DNA of 64,000 nt. Origin: Eledone cirrhosa. Lineage: Eukaryota. The notes beneath the pieces are model-generated. The model was not told the DNA's origin, made no database searches, and saw only the letters and a program-made list of their open reading frames with translations. The translations under genes and the position numbers were made by a program. The stretch is from positions 36,890,001 through 36,954,000 of the forward strand of contig OZ024751.1 in the NCBI GenBank assembly GCA_964016885.1. Reading direction: 5' to 3'. This document shows positions 30,128 through 43,637 of this stretch, one piece after another; positions within the stretch are counted from its first letter, which is position 1, and each line of letters starts with the position of its first letter.

Positions 30128-30193
30128 TATGTATATATATATACATATATTTCTATATAAACCTGTATATGTATGTATGTATATATCTTGCTA

Positions 30194-30271
<78 letters not shown>

Positions 30272-30366
30272 TATATACATACATATATATATATATATAT
30301 ACATATATACATATATATATATATATACATATATATATACATACATATATATATATATATATATAC

Positions 30367-30445
<79 letters not shown>

Positions 30446-30731
30446 CATATATTTCTATATAAACCTGTATATGTATGTATATATATATATATATATATAT
30501 ATAGTCTAAATGTCTATACAGAGGTATACCTTAGGAAGTCTCCAATACGAATCGTTCACTTTCAGGATTTTTTTCCTTCGACTCAGAATCAATACAGTCG
30601 ATTTCTACGTCTCATTATTTCTTCTGTTATCGATCTGGGATGATGAGGGCGGGTCGGAGATAAATGACAATGTCGACTTTAAAACAAATAAAATCATGAC
30701 GCAGCGTGTGTGTGTGTATGTGTGTATGTGA

Positions 30732-30778
<47 letters not shown>

Positions 30779-31136
30779 ACGATAAATGGCAAGCACAGGG
30801 AGACAAAAACAGTTATATATAAATATATATATATATAGAGAGAGAGAACGAGGGCGAGAGAGAGAGAGAGAGAGAGAGCGAGATATTTAAAAGTCTGTGT
30901 TGTAGCATATGTACAAACTTTATATATATATATATATATGCGTAGATAGTTATAGATATTGATATAGATATATAGACTTTCTTATATAGATTTTCTTTAT
31001 TATGTTTAAGAGTTGGGTTGGGTCTTGTTAGTCTGAACTTTAACCCCTGTACTGACAGGATCATCAGACCAGATGAAACCCCAGAGTAACAAGATTCATC
31101 TCTTAACCATAATAAAGAATTATTATACTCTTTTTC

Positions 31137-31322
31137 GGTGGATTGGCAGTATAAGTAGAGGGTCGCACGCCATGCTTTCCAGCATAGTTACGTCACTTTA
31201 CGATCTGAGTTCAAATCCCGCCGCGGTTGATTTTGCCTTTCATCCTTACGGGGTGGATAAAATAAAGTACCAGTAATGCACTGGTTAATTGCTAGCCTTG
31301 TGCCTAAAGTAGAGACAATTAT
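31137..31322 (+). mobile_element. SINE family A
   Basis: ggtggattggcagtataagtag..tctgagttcaaatcccgcc..taaagtaccagtaatgcactgg..ccttgtgcctaaagtagagacaatt. Confidence 0.88.
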
Positions 31323-31991
31323 ACTCTTTTTCAGTATTGAGTACTCATTCTGAACACACACACGCACACACACACGCACACATATATATATATGTATACA
31401 GCATACTATGAATAACATTCTTGGTACAGTATAACATATTTGACTGTCAGTTTGACAGTCGCCACCGAATGTGAGAGAGCTCTTTACTGTAGTTAAGTAC
31501 GACTTAAAGTTCACCACAAAAGTTAACAAGGACTTACAAGTAAAAACAAAAATAATATATCTCTTTATAAAATATTGGAGTGTAAAACATGCCAACCACC
31601 TATAGTGTCATTCTTCTCTTTTTTCCTATATATGTATATATAGATATTAACGGATATGTATATATGATGGACTCTCCCGTCGATATCCGACGTATGACTG
31701 TCCAACAAAAGTTCAGCTCTCTAGATGGCGGTGTGTCGTGTGACATTTCAATCCCCATCGCCTACAGACTCAAGACTGCAAAAGACTGGCAGAATTGTGA
31801 GAAAGTGAACTGATGTTGAACTATCGACACAAAGTTTGTTTGAATTTGTGAAAGCTTGTGTTGGACTAACCATACTTTTTGGAACTGACGACACATATTT
31901 TCGGTGCAAATGTTTGCCACGGAAATTACAACGACAGCCCTCAGCTTTTTATACCTCAGAGTTTAACTTCTGCGTATAACAATAAAAAGAA

Positions 31992-32064
<73 letters not shown>

Positions 32065-32188
32065 GGAGGTGAGTTTTATTGTAGTACAATAAAGCAATGC
32101 AGATTTTCGGATAAGAAGCACTCTACAGTTTGTAGGACTGGAGTATACATAATATATAAGAACAAAAGATGGTTAAAAGAGTTCCATG

Positions 32189-32259
32189 TATTTTATTATG
32201 CGCATTTCAAAAACAAATATCATCATGCAATAATATTTGTGTTTTCATCAGATAAAACA
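32189..32259 (-). ncRNA. Type-I hammerhead ribozyme (left arm copy)
   Basis: Exact reverse-complement copy of 32284-32354. Confidence 0.85.
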
Positions 32260-32283
32260 GGAGGACATCATATCATGTCCTCC

Positions 32284-32354
32284 TGTTTTATCTGATGAAA
32301 ACACAAATATTATTGCATGATGATATTTGTTTTTGAAATGCGCATAATAAAATA
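32284..32354 (+). ncRNA. Type-I hammerhead ribozyme (right arm copy)
   Basis: tgttttat-CTGATGA-aaacacaaatattat-tgcatg-atgatatttgttttt-GAAA-tgcgca-TA-ataaaata. Helix I has 8 bp, helix II about 14 bp, helix III is the palindrome atgcgcat, and the site is AUA. Confidence 0.85.
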
Positions 32355-32384
32355 CATGGAACTCTTTTAACCATCTTTTGTTCT

Positions 32385-32456
<72 letters not shown>

Positions 32457-32458
<2 letters not shown>

Positions 32459-32629
32459 CGTTTCTGAATTTGTTTAGCAAGATTCTTTATCTGAAATCGT
32501 GTGTTGAAACCGATATTGTTATACTTTGGGAGGGTCATGTTGCCAATAAGAAACACAATATATAATAAATTGAAGTGAAAGCAACTGGTGCGTGTGTTTC
32601 TTGTTGGCAACATGACCCTCCCAAAGTAT

Positions 32630-32637
<8 letters not shown>
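32457..32637. mobile_element. (TA)n-embedded inverted-arm insert (no complete hammerhead)
   Basis: Structure is (TA)n, ~56-nt tail, 45-bp arms 32513-32557 and 32593-32637 (1 mismatch) around a 35-nt spacer, then (TA)n. Confidence 0.7.
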
Positions 32638-32666
<29 letters not shown>

Positions 32667-33332
32667 TGGATATTCAAGGAACCCGAGACTGAGCCATATT
32701 TACTCTAGATTTCACGGATAGTGAAGCTATGTATCGTTTATCGTCTGTTTTTTGTTATAATTTTAATGGGCATCTTTAGAAAATTCCTCGTGTGTTTGTC
32801 ATCTCATCACATTAGGGGTTCGCAGAGACCCTCTCCTTTCAATCCCAGGTTTCCTCAATTATATCTTCATTTTGCTTTGCCATCTAGTATATTTTTTCAC
32901 CCGAGCCCCATATTAGCATGAGTAAACTTTACAAACCTCAATAAGCATATAATTTCAAACGTGATTAAATCTGAATAAATATATTTTTTGTATCAATTCT
33001 TCATACGTGTTGAAACTTATTGTAGGCTATTTTGTAAGTCTATGTGATATATATGCACAATATACGCTATTGATTTCCAGTTAATATTCCCCCACTAAAC
33101 CCATCCCCACCATCGCTATAATTCCTCCCTAAGGACCTAGGTTCCTCTCAGTTCAAACTCATTGTTTTACATACTTTTAAAGAGACCTAATTTTCGTACC
33201 TGGATTTTTTGCATACATATGGATATTTAGCGTATTGCTATATGGCCGTGTCAAATGTTGTGCCCTCTCTCCAATACACATATTGATTCTGGCATCGTTA
33301 TATTTTGATTTATGTCTTGAGAATATCCTCCG

Positions 33333-33417
<85 letters not shown>

Positions 33418-33533
33418 CATACCTATATCTCTATGTATGTATATATATATATTATATATATATATAATATATATATATATAATATATATATATATTATAT
33501 ATATATATATATAATATATATATATATAATATA

Positions 33534-33577
<44 letters not shown>

Positions 33578-34080
33578 TATAAATACAATATATGTATATA
33601 AATACAATATATATATATATATATATATATAAATATATATATATATATGTATGTATGTCTGTGTGTGTGTGTATTTATAGTATATGAATATAAATACAAT
33701 ATATATATATATATAAATATATAAATGTTTTGTCATCGTGTGTCTATTTACTGACCCCCTATCCATCCATCATAATCTTATATTATATATATTATATATG
33801 ACCACTCACTCTATACATAACTAACAAAACTATGTAGCCACATATGTTGTTTATTTTCAACAGTAATATATCAATGTCAATTTTAGGGGAAGTGACACAA
33901 TAACAACCGTATTTGGTCCTATAATTTGGTCACTATATTTCTCTTATTCAACCTCTGAATAGTCATTAGTAGTTATTTATGTCACATAATCATTCATATA
34001 CTTTATTTTGGTATGCCATGGCATACACTGCCATTATCTCGCTCATTGTATACATACATATATATATATATATATACACA

Positions 34081-34122
<42 letters not shown>

Positions 34123-34829
34123 TATACTAAAATACAATCTAAATTCCTTTTTAATGTTTACTTAATTTTTTGGTTATTGAACCGCCCCAAACCACCCCAA
34201 GTCTTCAATGCAAAATACTTTATTTTAAAGTGATTATAGTTATTTAAAATAAAAAAAATGTAATTTTTGTCAGGAATTTTTAAAAGTTATTAAGGGTCCC
34301 TGGAGTGATTTTGCTTAATAGGAGTTACTTCAGGTAGAGCGGTTACTTCTTCGAATCTAGAGACTACAGCTCCGATACTAGGCCTATGTGTTTTAGATTG
34401 TCTAAGGAGCGAGTCACAATTCAGAATTTGCGGGTAAAGCCAACTGACTGAAGTCCCAGAGACAGACTACGAGTAAAGTGATTGGATAGCTTATATTACC
34501 TCGGTTGTTCTCGCTTGGAGTTACAAGTGGATAATTTGATCACTGATCACTGTTGCTCCTGCGCCGACTTTCTGGAAAGCTTATCTGAAGTCTTAGACTT
34601 CATGAACCTTCTGGGAATAAATATTATAAGAACAATTTTTGTAACTAGAAATGTTGTCATATTACTGAATCCCTTCAAAGTCTTGAATGTTTTCAACATT
34701 ATTTGTAAATCACTGATAGTTATGTTCATACGCCAACAAAATGGTTAAACTATATCTAAACACTTTCAATCATAATTTTTGATCCCAAAGCAGATAAGTA
34801 ATTAGTAAATTAATCATAACAAATTATTT

Positions 34830-34926
34830 ATTATTACTAATTATTTTCTAATTATTACTAATTATTTTCTAATTATTACTAATTATTTTCTAATTATTAC
34901 TAATTATTTTCTAATTATTACTAATT
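34830..34926 (+). repeat. 21-bp minisatellite (attattactaattattttcta)x~4.5
   Basis: Direct tandem copies are visible. Confidence 0.9.
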
Positions 34927-35723
34927 CTTTCAAAATTATTTAAAAATAATCATCAGTGTCTTTCGTTAGAAATACGTTAAGAAAAGGGTTAAAGCATTTC
35001 TTCTTTGTTTTATTGTCTCTTCGAAGAATGTACTTTCCTTCAAGCTACACTGAAGAAACAGATGTATCAAGTTTCAGGTGATATATACTACATCCTTCAT
35101 GCTTCTATTAACACCAACATTTATCAGCTCCACTGCAGTTTTCAACGATTTTCATACTTCATGCTTAAACATTATTTTCATTATCATCAACAGTTTCTTT
35201 TTTTCTTTTTTTTCTCTTATTTTTTTTTTTTTTGAAATTCTCAGCTGTCACCCAGGTATCTCGCTTCATCGAATCGTCTCAGATGTACTCTAGCGAATAA
35301 CCTACCTACTGTCCAACCAACTACAAAGAAAGTATTTAAGAGGTAGTAAGACTTTCACTTGGATAATCTTTGATCAGAAAACACGAAATAAAGCGTAGCT
35401 TTATTTGTCGCAAACTTGTCAGAAACTGTTCGGCTCAAGCTTAATATAAGAAATAATAAAAAATAAAAAAATAAAAAAATAAAACCTAAGTTTAAAATTT
35501 TTTTTCAATGTGATCTAACTACTCAATATAGTCATTATTTATGTTGCCAATAATTCTTCAGTAATTCTGAAAGAAAAAAAAGAAGAAAAAAACAAATGGT
35601 TTCTACATCAAAAGTCATTCTACTTGAGCGGATATTTTGATGAGCCAAAACACCATGTTTCTACTTAACAAGTGAGTTGACCTCAAAAAGAATGAATATA
35701 TATATATATTCATTCTTTTTTTG

Positions 35724-35757
<34 letters not shown>

Positions 35758-37069
35758 TATATGTATATAAATAAATATATATACATACACACTCACATAT
35801 ACTCACATATGTATGTATGTATGTATATATATATATATGCTTATGTATCTATGTATGTATGTATTATAACATAGAAATAAGCTACGTTAAATGATAGCTC
35901 TTTATTGCAACCATGCTTACTGGTGCTGTTTATTAATATTCTATAATAGTTAACTGACTGAAAGAATAAATAATTCCTGAGACAGGGTCATAAAGTATGA
36001 GAGATATAGTAGAGTAGATAATATTGCTTACTGATTCAAAGTAACGTTTTCAGTTTTCAACAAGATATGAACCAAATCCTAGGAACCATGATTTCCACTC
36101 ATGTCTTGTTTTTAACTCAATATTACGTGATTTCCGTTACTCTTCAAGCGTCATATATTATGCTTCAGGGGTACACATTTTATACCTCATTATTCAATAA
36201 ATTTCCATTAAAATATACAATGCTTGCAATAAGAAATAGAAGAAATATATTATATAATGAACGTAAGGTGAAGTGAGTGGGAACATCAGACTCTACCCCT
36301 TTGCCAGGGCTGTATATTACAACTGTACCCCGTGGATAAGATTATGAAAACATTGCCAGTAAAATTTGTTGAATCAGCCATTCCACCTTAAGGTGTTCCA
36401 TCCTCAGTCAAGATGCTCTCCTTTTAATTCTGTGGTGGAAAACGGCATTTCGGGAACCGAAGATACTAGAGGTCTTGACAACATCCAGCAATTGACAACA
36501 TAAACAAAGGTTTAAAAGGGAAAGAAAAGAGAATATTTGACATTTATACCTTTCTAAATAAGTATTTGAAATCTGTGGTAGAAAGAGTATAACATAAATT
36601 CAAACTGAACTGCGGATTAAATTTAATATGAATTCGTTGTATCTCAGCAGAATTGACTTGTAGAATATTCCGATAGATAAATGCACAGCTAATTGTACAG
36701 ATTAATTGAGAAGTTACACTACAAAACTAGTCTCCTTTATTGAAGCTAAAGTGCAGTAAATGCAGTTACTTTTCTACTGAAACGAAGAATTAAAAGATTA
36801 AGATTAAGAAACAATACTTTTAATTCATATTGAGACTACATTATAATAACTTTCAATGTTGAAAGTTGGGAAAGTTTTATATATTGAAACTATGCCACTA
36901 ATAGACAACATTGTTAGAATTTCACTCAGCACTTTGGCGTCGTTCTTTTATAACCAGTGTCTTTCAAATATTTCGCAACATAATCAATCGTATCATTGAT
37001 TCTAACTCTGAAAGTTAACCTCTGTTAATGGTATTGCACCTATAAGTTCTGTGTCAAGAAACAATAAGG

Positions 37070-37255
37070 ATTTCGTATTGAGGCACAAAGCCAGCAATTT
37101 GTGGAAACGGAAAGTCAATTATATCAACCCCTGCACTTTATTTTATCGACTCTTGAAATGACGAAAAGCAATGACACTCATGACGGGATTTGAACTCAGA
37201 ACGTAAAGCTCTGTCACAAATACCACGCAGTATTTGTCCGATGCTCAAACGAAAT
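37070..37255 (-). mobile_element. SINE family A, older long variant
   Basis: ggcacaaagccagcaattt..ctttattttatcgac..gggatttgaactcagaacgtaaag. Confidence 0.7.
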
Positions 37256-37467
37256 TTCTAAAGTAAAAAGGTGCGTCTTATACACGGGGAAAATACGAGT
37301 ACGTAACACAATTACACCCCAACAAAGGGGTAGATTTTAATCAATCTGACTGTATTTAAAAATATCTAAAACACATATTTACAAGCATACACAAATGTCT
37401 CTCTTACTCAATCATTCTTGCCCTGTATATATATATATATATATATATATACATGTGTGTTTCTGTG

Positions 37468-37545
<78 letters not shown>

Positions 37546-38345
37546 ACACACACACACACACATACACACACACACAGACACATATATATATTAATTCTTG
37601 GTAAATTTTTTTAAAAACATTTGTCGAATTGCAAACACGGATAATAATGTTTGAGGAAATCTGAAGGATGTCATGCTGAAATATTTTCGGATTAAAGTAG
37701 GATGTCGTTGATGGGCTTTATAATGATGACACACCGTTATATTTTTAATCCGGAAATGGATAATCATTGCATTATAATCTCTCTATCTCTTTTTTATTTT
37801 TTTCAACAATAATATTTCATTTTTAAAACGCCTAAAGGTTGAACATCGGGCAACATCGTTCCATACAGTAAAACGCTCCAAACGAATTTAAAAAATGTTT
37901 TCTTTTGAATGAACATGTATCTCATCTCATATTTAACGCTGACGAAGATAGACTAAAGGGTAACAATGCTCGCTTCGCAATCATTAAGTCCTGGGTTCGA
38001 TCCCACTGCGTGCCATTTCGGGCAACTGTGGTTAATATGCCTCAGGAAAGAATCGCTGGACAAAACCAGATCTTACGGGGGAGGGGGGGGGGAACCCAAA
38101 TCGGCAGGAGACCCAGAGGCAGACCCTGAGCAAAACTTTTGAATAACAACCATAAGTTCAGCTGGTCATGTTTGGGGATCAGATCGGATCAATTGGATGC
38201 GGTTGTTTCTGACAGGGCCTACTGTAAGGGGTGTTTGAGGATTCTGCCCCATGACTCTCTCAGGACGAAGAAGAAGAAGAAGAAGAAGAAGAAGAAGAAA
38301 AAGAAAAAGAAAAAGAAAAAGAAGAAGAAGAAGAAATACGTTTAA

Positions 38346-38376
<31 letters not shown>

Positions 38377-38439
38377 ATTCCACATGTAGATATACTGCAA
38401 TTACTATCACAAAAAACTCTTATATTTAAATAACAATAA

Positions 38440-38550
38440 TAATTATTTCTACATTTGGCACAAGGCCAGCAATTTGAAGGGGAGGAGAAAGTCGACTAAA
38501 TTGACCACACTGCATTACTGGTACTTTATATATTGATCCCAAAGGATAAA
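38440..38550 (-). mobile_element. SINE family A 3' fragment
   Basis: tttggcacaaggccagcaatttgaaggggaggagaaagtcgactaaattgacc..actggtacttta. Confidence 0.7.
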
Positions 38551-38835
38551 AAATAACATGTTCTCAAAGGGAGACATAGGCCTTTAGCTGGATGGATTTG
38601 AAATGAAAGGAAAGAATAAGTGACTGAAGAGAGTGAGACTGATCTTCAGCAGCCCAACAATTCTGTAGCCGTACGTTAGTATCTTTCATATAAATCATAT
38701 TAGTTTCTTACATACTGAGTAACAAATTGATATCAATCTCAATACACATGGAAAGAAATGATGTGAAAGGAGAAATATCAATAAAAATGATAATTTCGTC
38801 AGATATTGAATTACACATGTATTTATTTCTTACAG

Positions 38836-38871
<36 letters not shown>

Positions 38872-38920
38872 ATGTGTGTGGGCATATGCATATATACATA
38901 CATACACACAAACATCCCAC

Positions 38921-39032
<112 letters not shown>

Positions 39033-39037
39033 GTATA

Positions 39038-39084
<47 letters not shown>

Positions 39085-39200
39085 ATATATACAGACATAT
39101 ATACATATAAATATATACATATATACTTATATATATATGTGTGTATATATATATACATAAGGGGAGAGAGGGGGAGAGAGGGAGGGGAGAGAGAGAGGAT

Positions 39201-39238
<38 letters not shown>

Positions 39239-39785
39239 GGGGGAAAAGAGAATGACAAAAAAGAGGGGGAGAAAGATAAAGATAAAGATATAGTTATAGA
39301 TATAAATAGTGATATCTGAATTGGTATTAAAAGAAGACAAACATACACACACACACATACGTATACACATGTAGAAACAGACACACACATAGAGAGAGAC
39401 GCACATACATATACATATTAAGCGAGATAAGATGCATACGTATTATTATGGCAAAATAAAATGACAGATTCATACACACTGTACTAATGGAAGCTAGATA
39501 TATGTAAACACACACAGACACACATATACACACACATACAAACAAACTCACACAAAATGACACACACACACACATACACACACACACACACACAAACACA
39601 CACATATAGTATACAGTTAGTAACTATATACATGGAGACGCACATCCTCACACACAAAATAAACATATATACATATACACACAAATATATATATATGTAT
39701 ACATATATATATATAAATATATATACATATATATACATATATATACATATATATACATATATATACATCATATATATATATATAC

Positions 39786-39844
<59 letters not shown>

Positions 39845-39862
39845 TATATATATACATATATA

Positions 39863-39906
<44 letters not shown>

Positions 39907-39950
39907 TATATATATACATATATATTCATATATATATATATATGTATGTA

Positions 39951-40028
<78 letters not shown>

Positions 40029-40455
40029 TATATGTATATATATATATATATATATAAATGTATATACATATATATACATATATATATATATATTTAATGT
40101 CTGACATAGGCACAAACACTGAGTACAAGTGTAAGTTAGATGTAATGAAATGTTATAAAAATGTGAGAAGTTAAATAAATGGATTGTCTTATTGCTAATA
40201 TTTTAGCTTATAGTCCATTTAATTTGGTCTTGCATGTAAACATTTTACGAATAAAACATTGGAGAAAACACTGTAAACGACACAACACCCACTCGCGATC
40301 ATATATACACATATACACATGTATATATATATATATATATATGTATGTATATATACATTGAAACATGTTAAGTCAAATATATTTTCTGCAAAAACTTTTA
40401 TAGACACTCACACCTTGTACACATAAACATTTTAAATAAACAACTGTTTATGTAA

Positions 40456-40501
<46 letters not shown>

Positions 40502-40541
40502 CATTTACATAATATAAACAAATATATATATATATATATAC

Positions 40542-40585
<44 letters not shown>

Positions 40586-40777
40586 GTATATATATACATA
40601 CATTTATATATATATATATATATATAACATTTACATAATATAAATATAGATATATCAAAATAACGATAGAGAACGAGATGAATGGATAGATAAATATATA
40701 CATACATTTATATATACAGCGAGAGAAAGAGACATATACTCACATACAGAGACACAGTTGCACACACACAAACACAC

Positions 40778-40838
<61 letters not shown>

Positions 40839-40889
40839 CAAACACACAAACTTATATATATATATATATATATACTCACATATACACAA

Positions 40890-40962
<73 letters not shown>

Positions 40963-41170
40963 TATATAATGTTGATATTTCCTTGATGGCTATATATTGG
41001 AAGAACGTTTTAAATACGTTTACTATCCATGGCTGCTCTTTCATCTTCAAACATAGATCGGTATTTTAGCAGAGAAGTTTCCACAAATCATTTGAAATTG
41101 TCATTTACGTTTTATTTTTACTCCCCACACACAAACCCCGCACAAATAGAGAAAAATCTTTGTATATATC

Positions 41171-41224
<54 letters not shown>

Positions 41225-41241
41225 TGTATATATATATATAC

Positions 41242-41279
<38 letters not shown>

Positions 41280-41517
41280 GGGTTTTTGTGTATATTGATG
41301 TGATGTGTATGTATGTATGTCTCTGTATGTGCGTATGAACGTATATATGTACGGCTCTGTATGTATGTATGTATGTATGTATTTGTTTGTGTATATACAG
41401 ATGGAGAGAGAAGGTGTGAGAATAACAGAGATAGGTAGGAGGGGAAACAGTGAAAAACTGGGAAATAGTGTGTGAAAGAGAATGAAAGAGATTGTGAGAG
41501 AGAGAGAGAGAGAAAGA

Positions 41518-41593
<76 letters not shown>

Positions 41594-41610
41594 GAATCAC
41601 TCGATAAAAA

Positions 41611-41674
41611 TCCTTCTGAAGAAGTAAGACTTAAGTTGTCTTTCGAAACACAACTTATTGCTATGTATAAAGAA
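41611..41674 (+). ncRNA. Degenerate hammerhead-like motif
   Basis: tcctt-CTGAAGA-agtaagac ttaagtt gtctttc-GAAA-cac..atgta-TA-aagaa lies in an insert (41591-41770) between TA runs. Helices I and III are imperfect. Confidence 0.4.
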
Positions 41675-41908
41675 ATATAGGCCATAACCGTTGTTTCCAC
41701 GTTCGATCCCTCTAGACGGCATGTACCCTTTGGTTCTAAATAAAATTACTTGATGAAGTCTCTCTCCAGTATATATTTATATATATGTGACAAGACTTGT
41801 CCCTTTAAATTACAGGCATAACTAATCTTTTGCCAGATAAGTGGACAAGAGCAACGGTTACATTACGTGATTTCAGTATAATAAAACTATTATTATTTGC
41901 ACCGAATG

Positions 41909-42115
41909 AGGGCGGTGGATTGGCAGTATCTGTAGAGTGTCGGATACTATGATTTGCAGCATAGAGTTACGGCCATTTACGGTCTGAGTTCAAATCCTGC
42001 CGAGGTTAACTTTGCCTTTCATCCTTACGGGGACAAGAAAATAAAGTACCAGTCACGCACTGGGGTCGATTTAATCGACTTTCCTCTCCCCCAAAATTGT
42101 TGGCCTTGTGCCATT
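41909..42115 (+). mobile_element. SINE family A, full-length long variant
   Basis: agggcggtggattggcagtatc..tctgagttcaaatcc..gtaccagtcacgcactggggtcgatttaatcgac..ggccttgtgcc. Confidence 0.88.
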
Positions 42116-42820
42116 ATTTGCACCTACATGTACGTACATTACGTATTAGGCCGTGATCCTCCTTCTCCTTGGATAGCTCAAGTATAAATCAAACTAACCA
42201 CCAAGACAAAATAAGCCCTAAAACATTTAGACTAAATATATGGTGCCTTGCACTAGGAAGCTTGTATCAGAGAGAACATATAGCGTATACAATATAAGAG
42301 AACAAAAACAAAACAATTATTAAAATAAACGAAATGGTTAAACGATGAATATTACATAAATACGATATCTGAGAATAAACAAACGAAAGCACATATATAT
42401 CTTGATAGGATTACTAACCATAAAACGCTTGTAGGAAGATTCACACCACATAAACTGGAAATAAATTACATATATGCTATGGAATATGGAAATTAGAGAA
42501 TAAACACAGCAACGTAAAGCAATAATTCTAGGTTACTGTAATTCCATGGTTTGTTGATTAAGTGTTAGTATTTTAGTGGATGATTTTGGTTGTAGTGGAT
42601 GTTGTTTTAATGTCCAATATGTTGTTTTGTTGTTGTTTTGGTAACTGGGTAATTGTATTGTGTATGTTATGTCTCGTGTAGCTTAGCTTTGTTGTATAAT
42701 CGTTTACTTTTATTTTCGTGTTGTGCAGGTTTCTGTAAAGAAAAAAAAAATAAGATACTTCTTCATTGTACAGTGTACTTCTTCATTGTACAGTGTCGTT
42801 TCCTTTGTTATTTCAGTTTA

Positions 42821-42861
<41 letters not shown>

Positions 42862-42875
42862 AATATATATATATA

Positions 42876-43188
42876 AATAATTGGTGTTGGATGCTTAAAG
42901 CGTCCGTATGCGGTAGGCCGTATGAGCACTCGATGCTGTCATAAAGCAGAGTATGATATCACTGAAAAAAAAGAGAATCTGCTTCGTAGAATCAAGACGT
43001 ATCTGAGGACCTTGCGATTATCAGAGTCTGGTTCGATCAACACATCGATCGTGCCTCGAGCTGGTCGCCAGAAAACGATTGTAATATGTCCAATAAAATC
43101 CATTCGTCCCAACACTGATTCTCTTTTTTTCTGTGATATCATACTCTGCTCTATGAGAGCATCGAGTGCTCATACTGCCTACCGCATA
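42876..43188. mobile_element. (TA)n-embedded inverted-arm insert enclosing a hammerhead
   Basis: Structure is a TA run, ~31-nt tail, ~72-bp arms 42907-42979 and 43117-43188 (a few mismatches), then (TA)n. Confidence 0.78.
42996..43090 (+). ncRNA. Type-I hammerhead motif with one core deviation
   Basis: gacgtat-CTGAGGA-ccttgcgatta..tggtcgccag-aaaa-cgattg-TA-atatgtc, followed by AATAAA. Helix I has 7 bp, helix II is long, helix III is near-palindromic (acgattgt), and the site is GUA. G12 appears mutated or an extra A is inserted. Confidence 0.65.
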
Positions 43189-43270
43189 TATATATATATT
43201 GATACAATTCGAAACGACAATGTGCTTGTGATACTTCTTTCAAACTATAAACTTTGGTATTGTTGTTCGC

Positions 43271-43357
43271 TAGAGTTGTGTAATTATATATATTTTTAAG
43301 GAACGATCGACTTTCGTTAAATCGTTCCTTAAAAATATATATAATTACACAACTCTA
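43271..43357. repeat. Perfect 37-bp inverted repeat at a SINE 3' junction
   Basis: Arms are 43271-43307 and 43321-43357. The spacer-spanning 17-mer cgactttcgttaaatcg is repeated at 43363-43379. Confidence 0.85.
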
Positions 43358-43362
43358 AAGAC

Positions 43363-43571
43363 CGACTTTCGTTAAATCGAACTGAGGGAACAATGTTTCC
43401 GTTGGTCTTTCCAATTGCTAATACTATCTATCGGTCGCAACTCCAGGTAGAAGGAGCAACGTGAAATAAAGTGTCTTGCTCAAGGACATAACGCATCGCC
43501 TGGTCCAGGAATAGAACTCACAACCGTACGATTGCGAATCCAATTCTCTAACCACTCAGCCACACGCCTTC
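43363..43571 (-). mobile_element. SINE family B
   Basis: Reverse complement is closely similar to 9634-9840 (gaaataaagtgtcttgctcaaggacataacgc..aaccactcagccacacgccttc). Confidence 0.88.
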
Positions 43572-43604
43572 ACTATATTCATTATAATATATATAGAGAG
43601 AGAG

Positions 43605-43637
<33 letters not shown>

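Larger units (their letters stand above)
32061..32394. mobile_element. (TA)n-embedded insert: 88-nt tail plus 246-bp palindrome with two hammerheads
   Basis: Structure is (TA)n, tail 32061-32148, arms 32149-32271 and 32272-32394 (reverse complements except one C/C mismatch at 32269/32274), then (TA)n. Confidence 0.85.

Noticed and set aside
31030-31085. Minus-strand CTGATGA followed by a cctg/cagg hairpin
   Set aside because: GAAA is absent and helix I does not close in register.
34290-34750. GC-richer unique island with short ORFs on both strands
   Set aside because: No frame gives a recognisable protein and splice signals are ambiguous.
36370-36415. Minus-strand ttga-CTGAGGA..GAAt..tcaa
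   Set aside because: It lacks the A15.1-U16.1 pair and a contiguous helix II.
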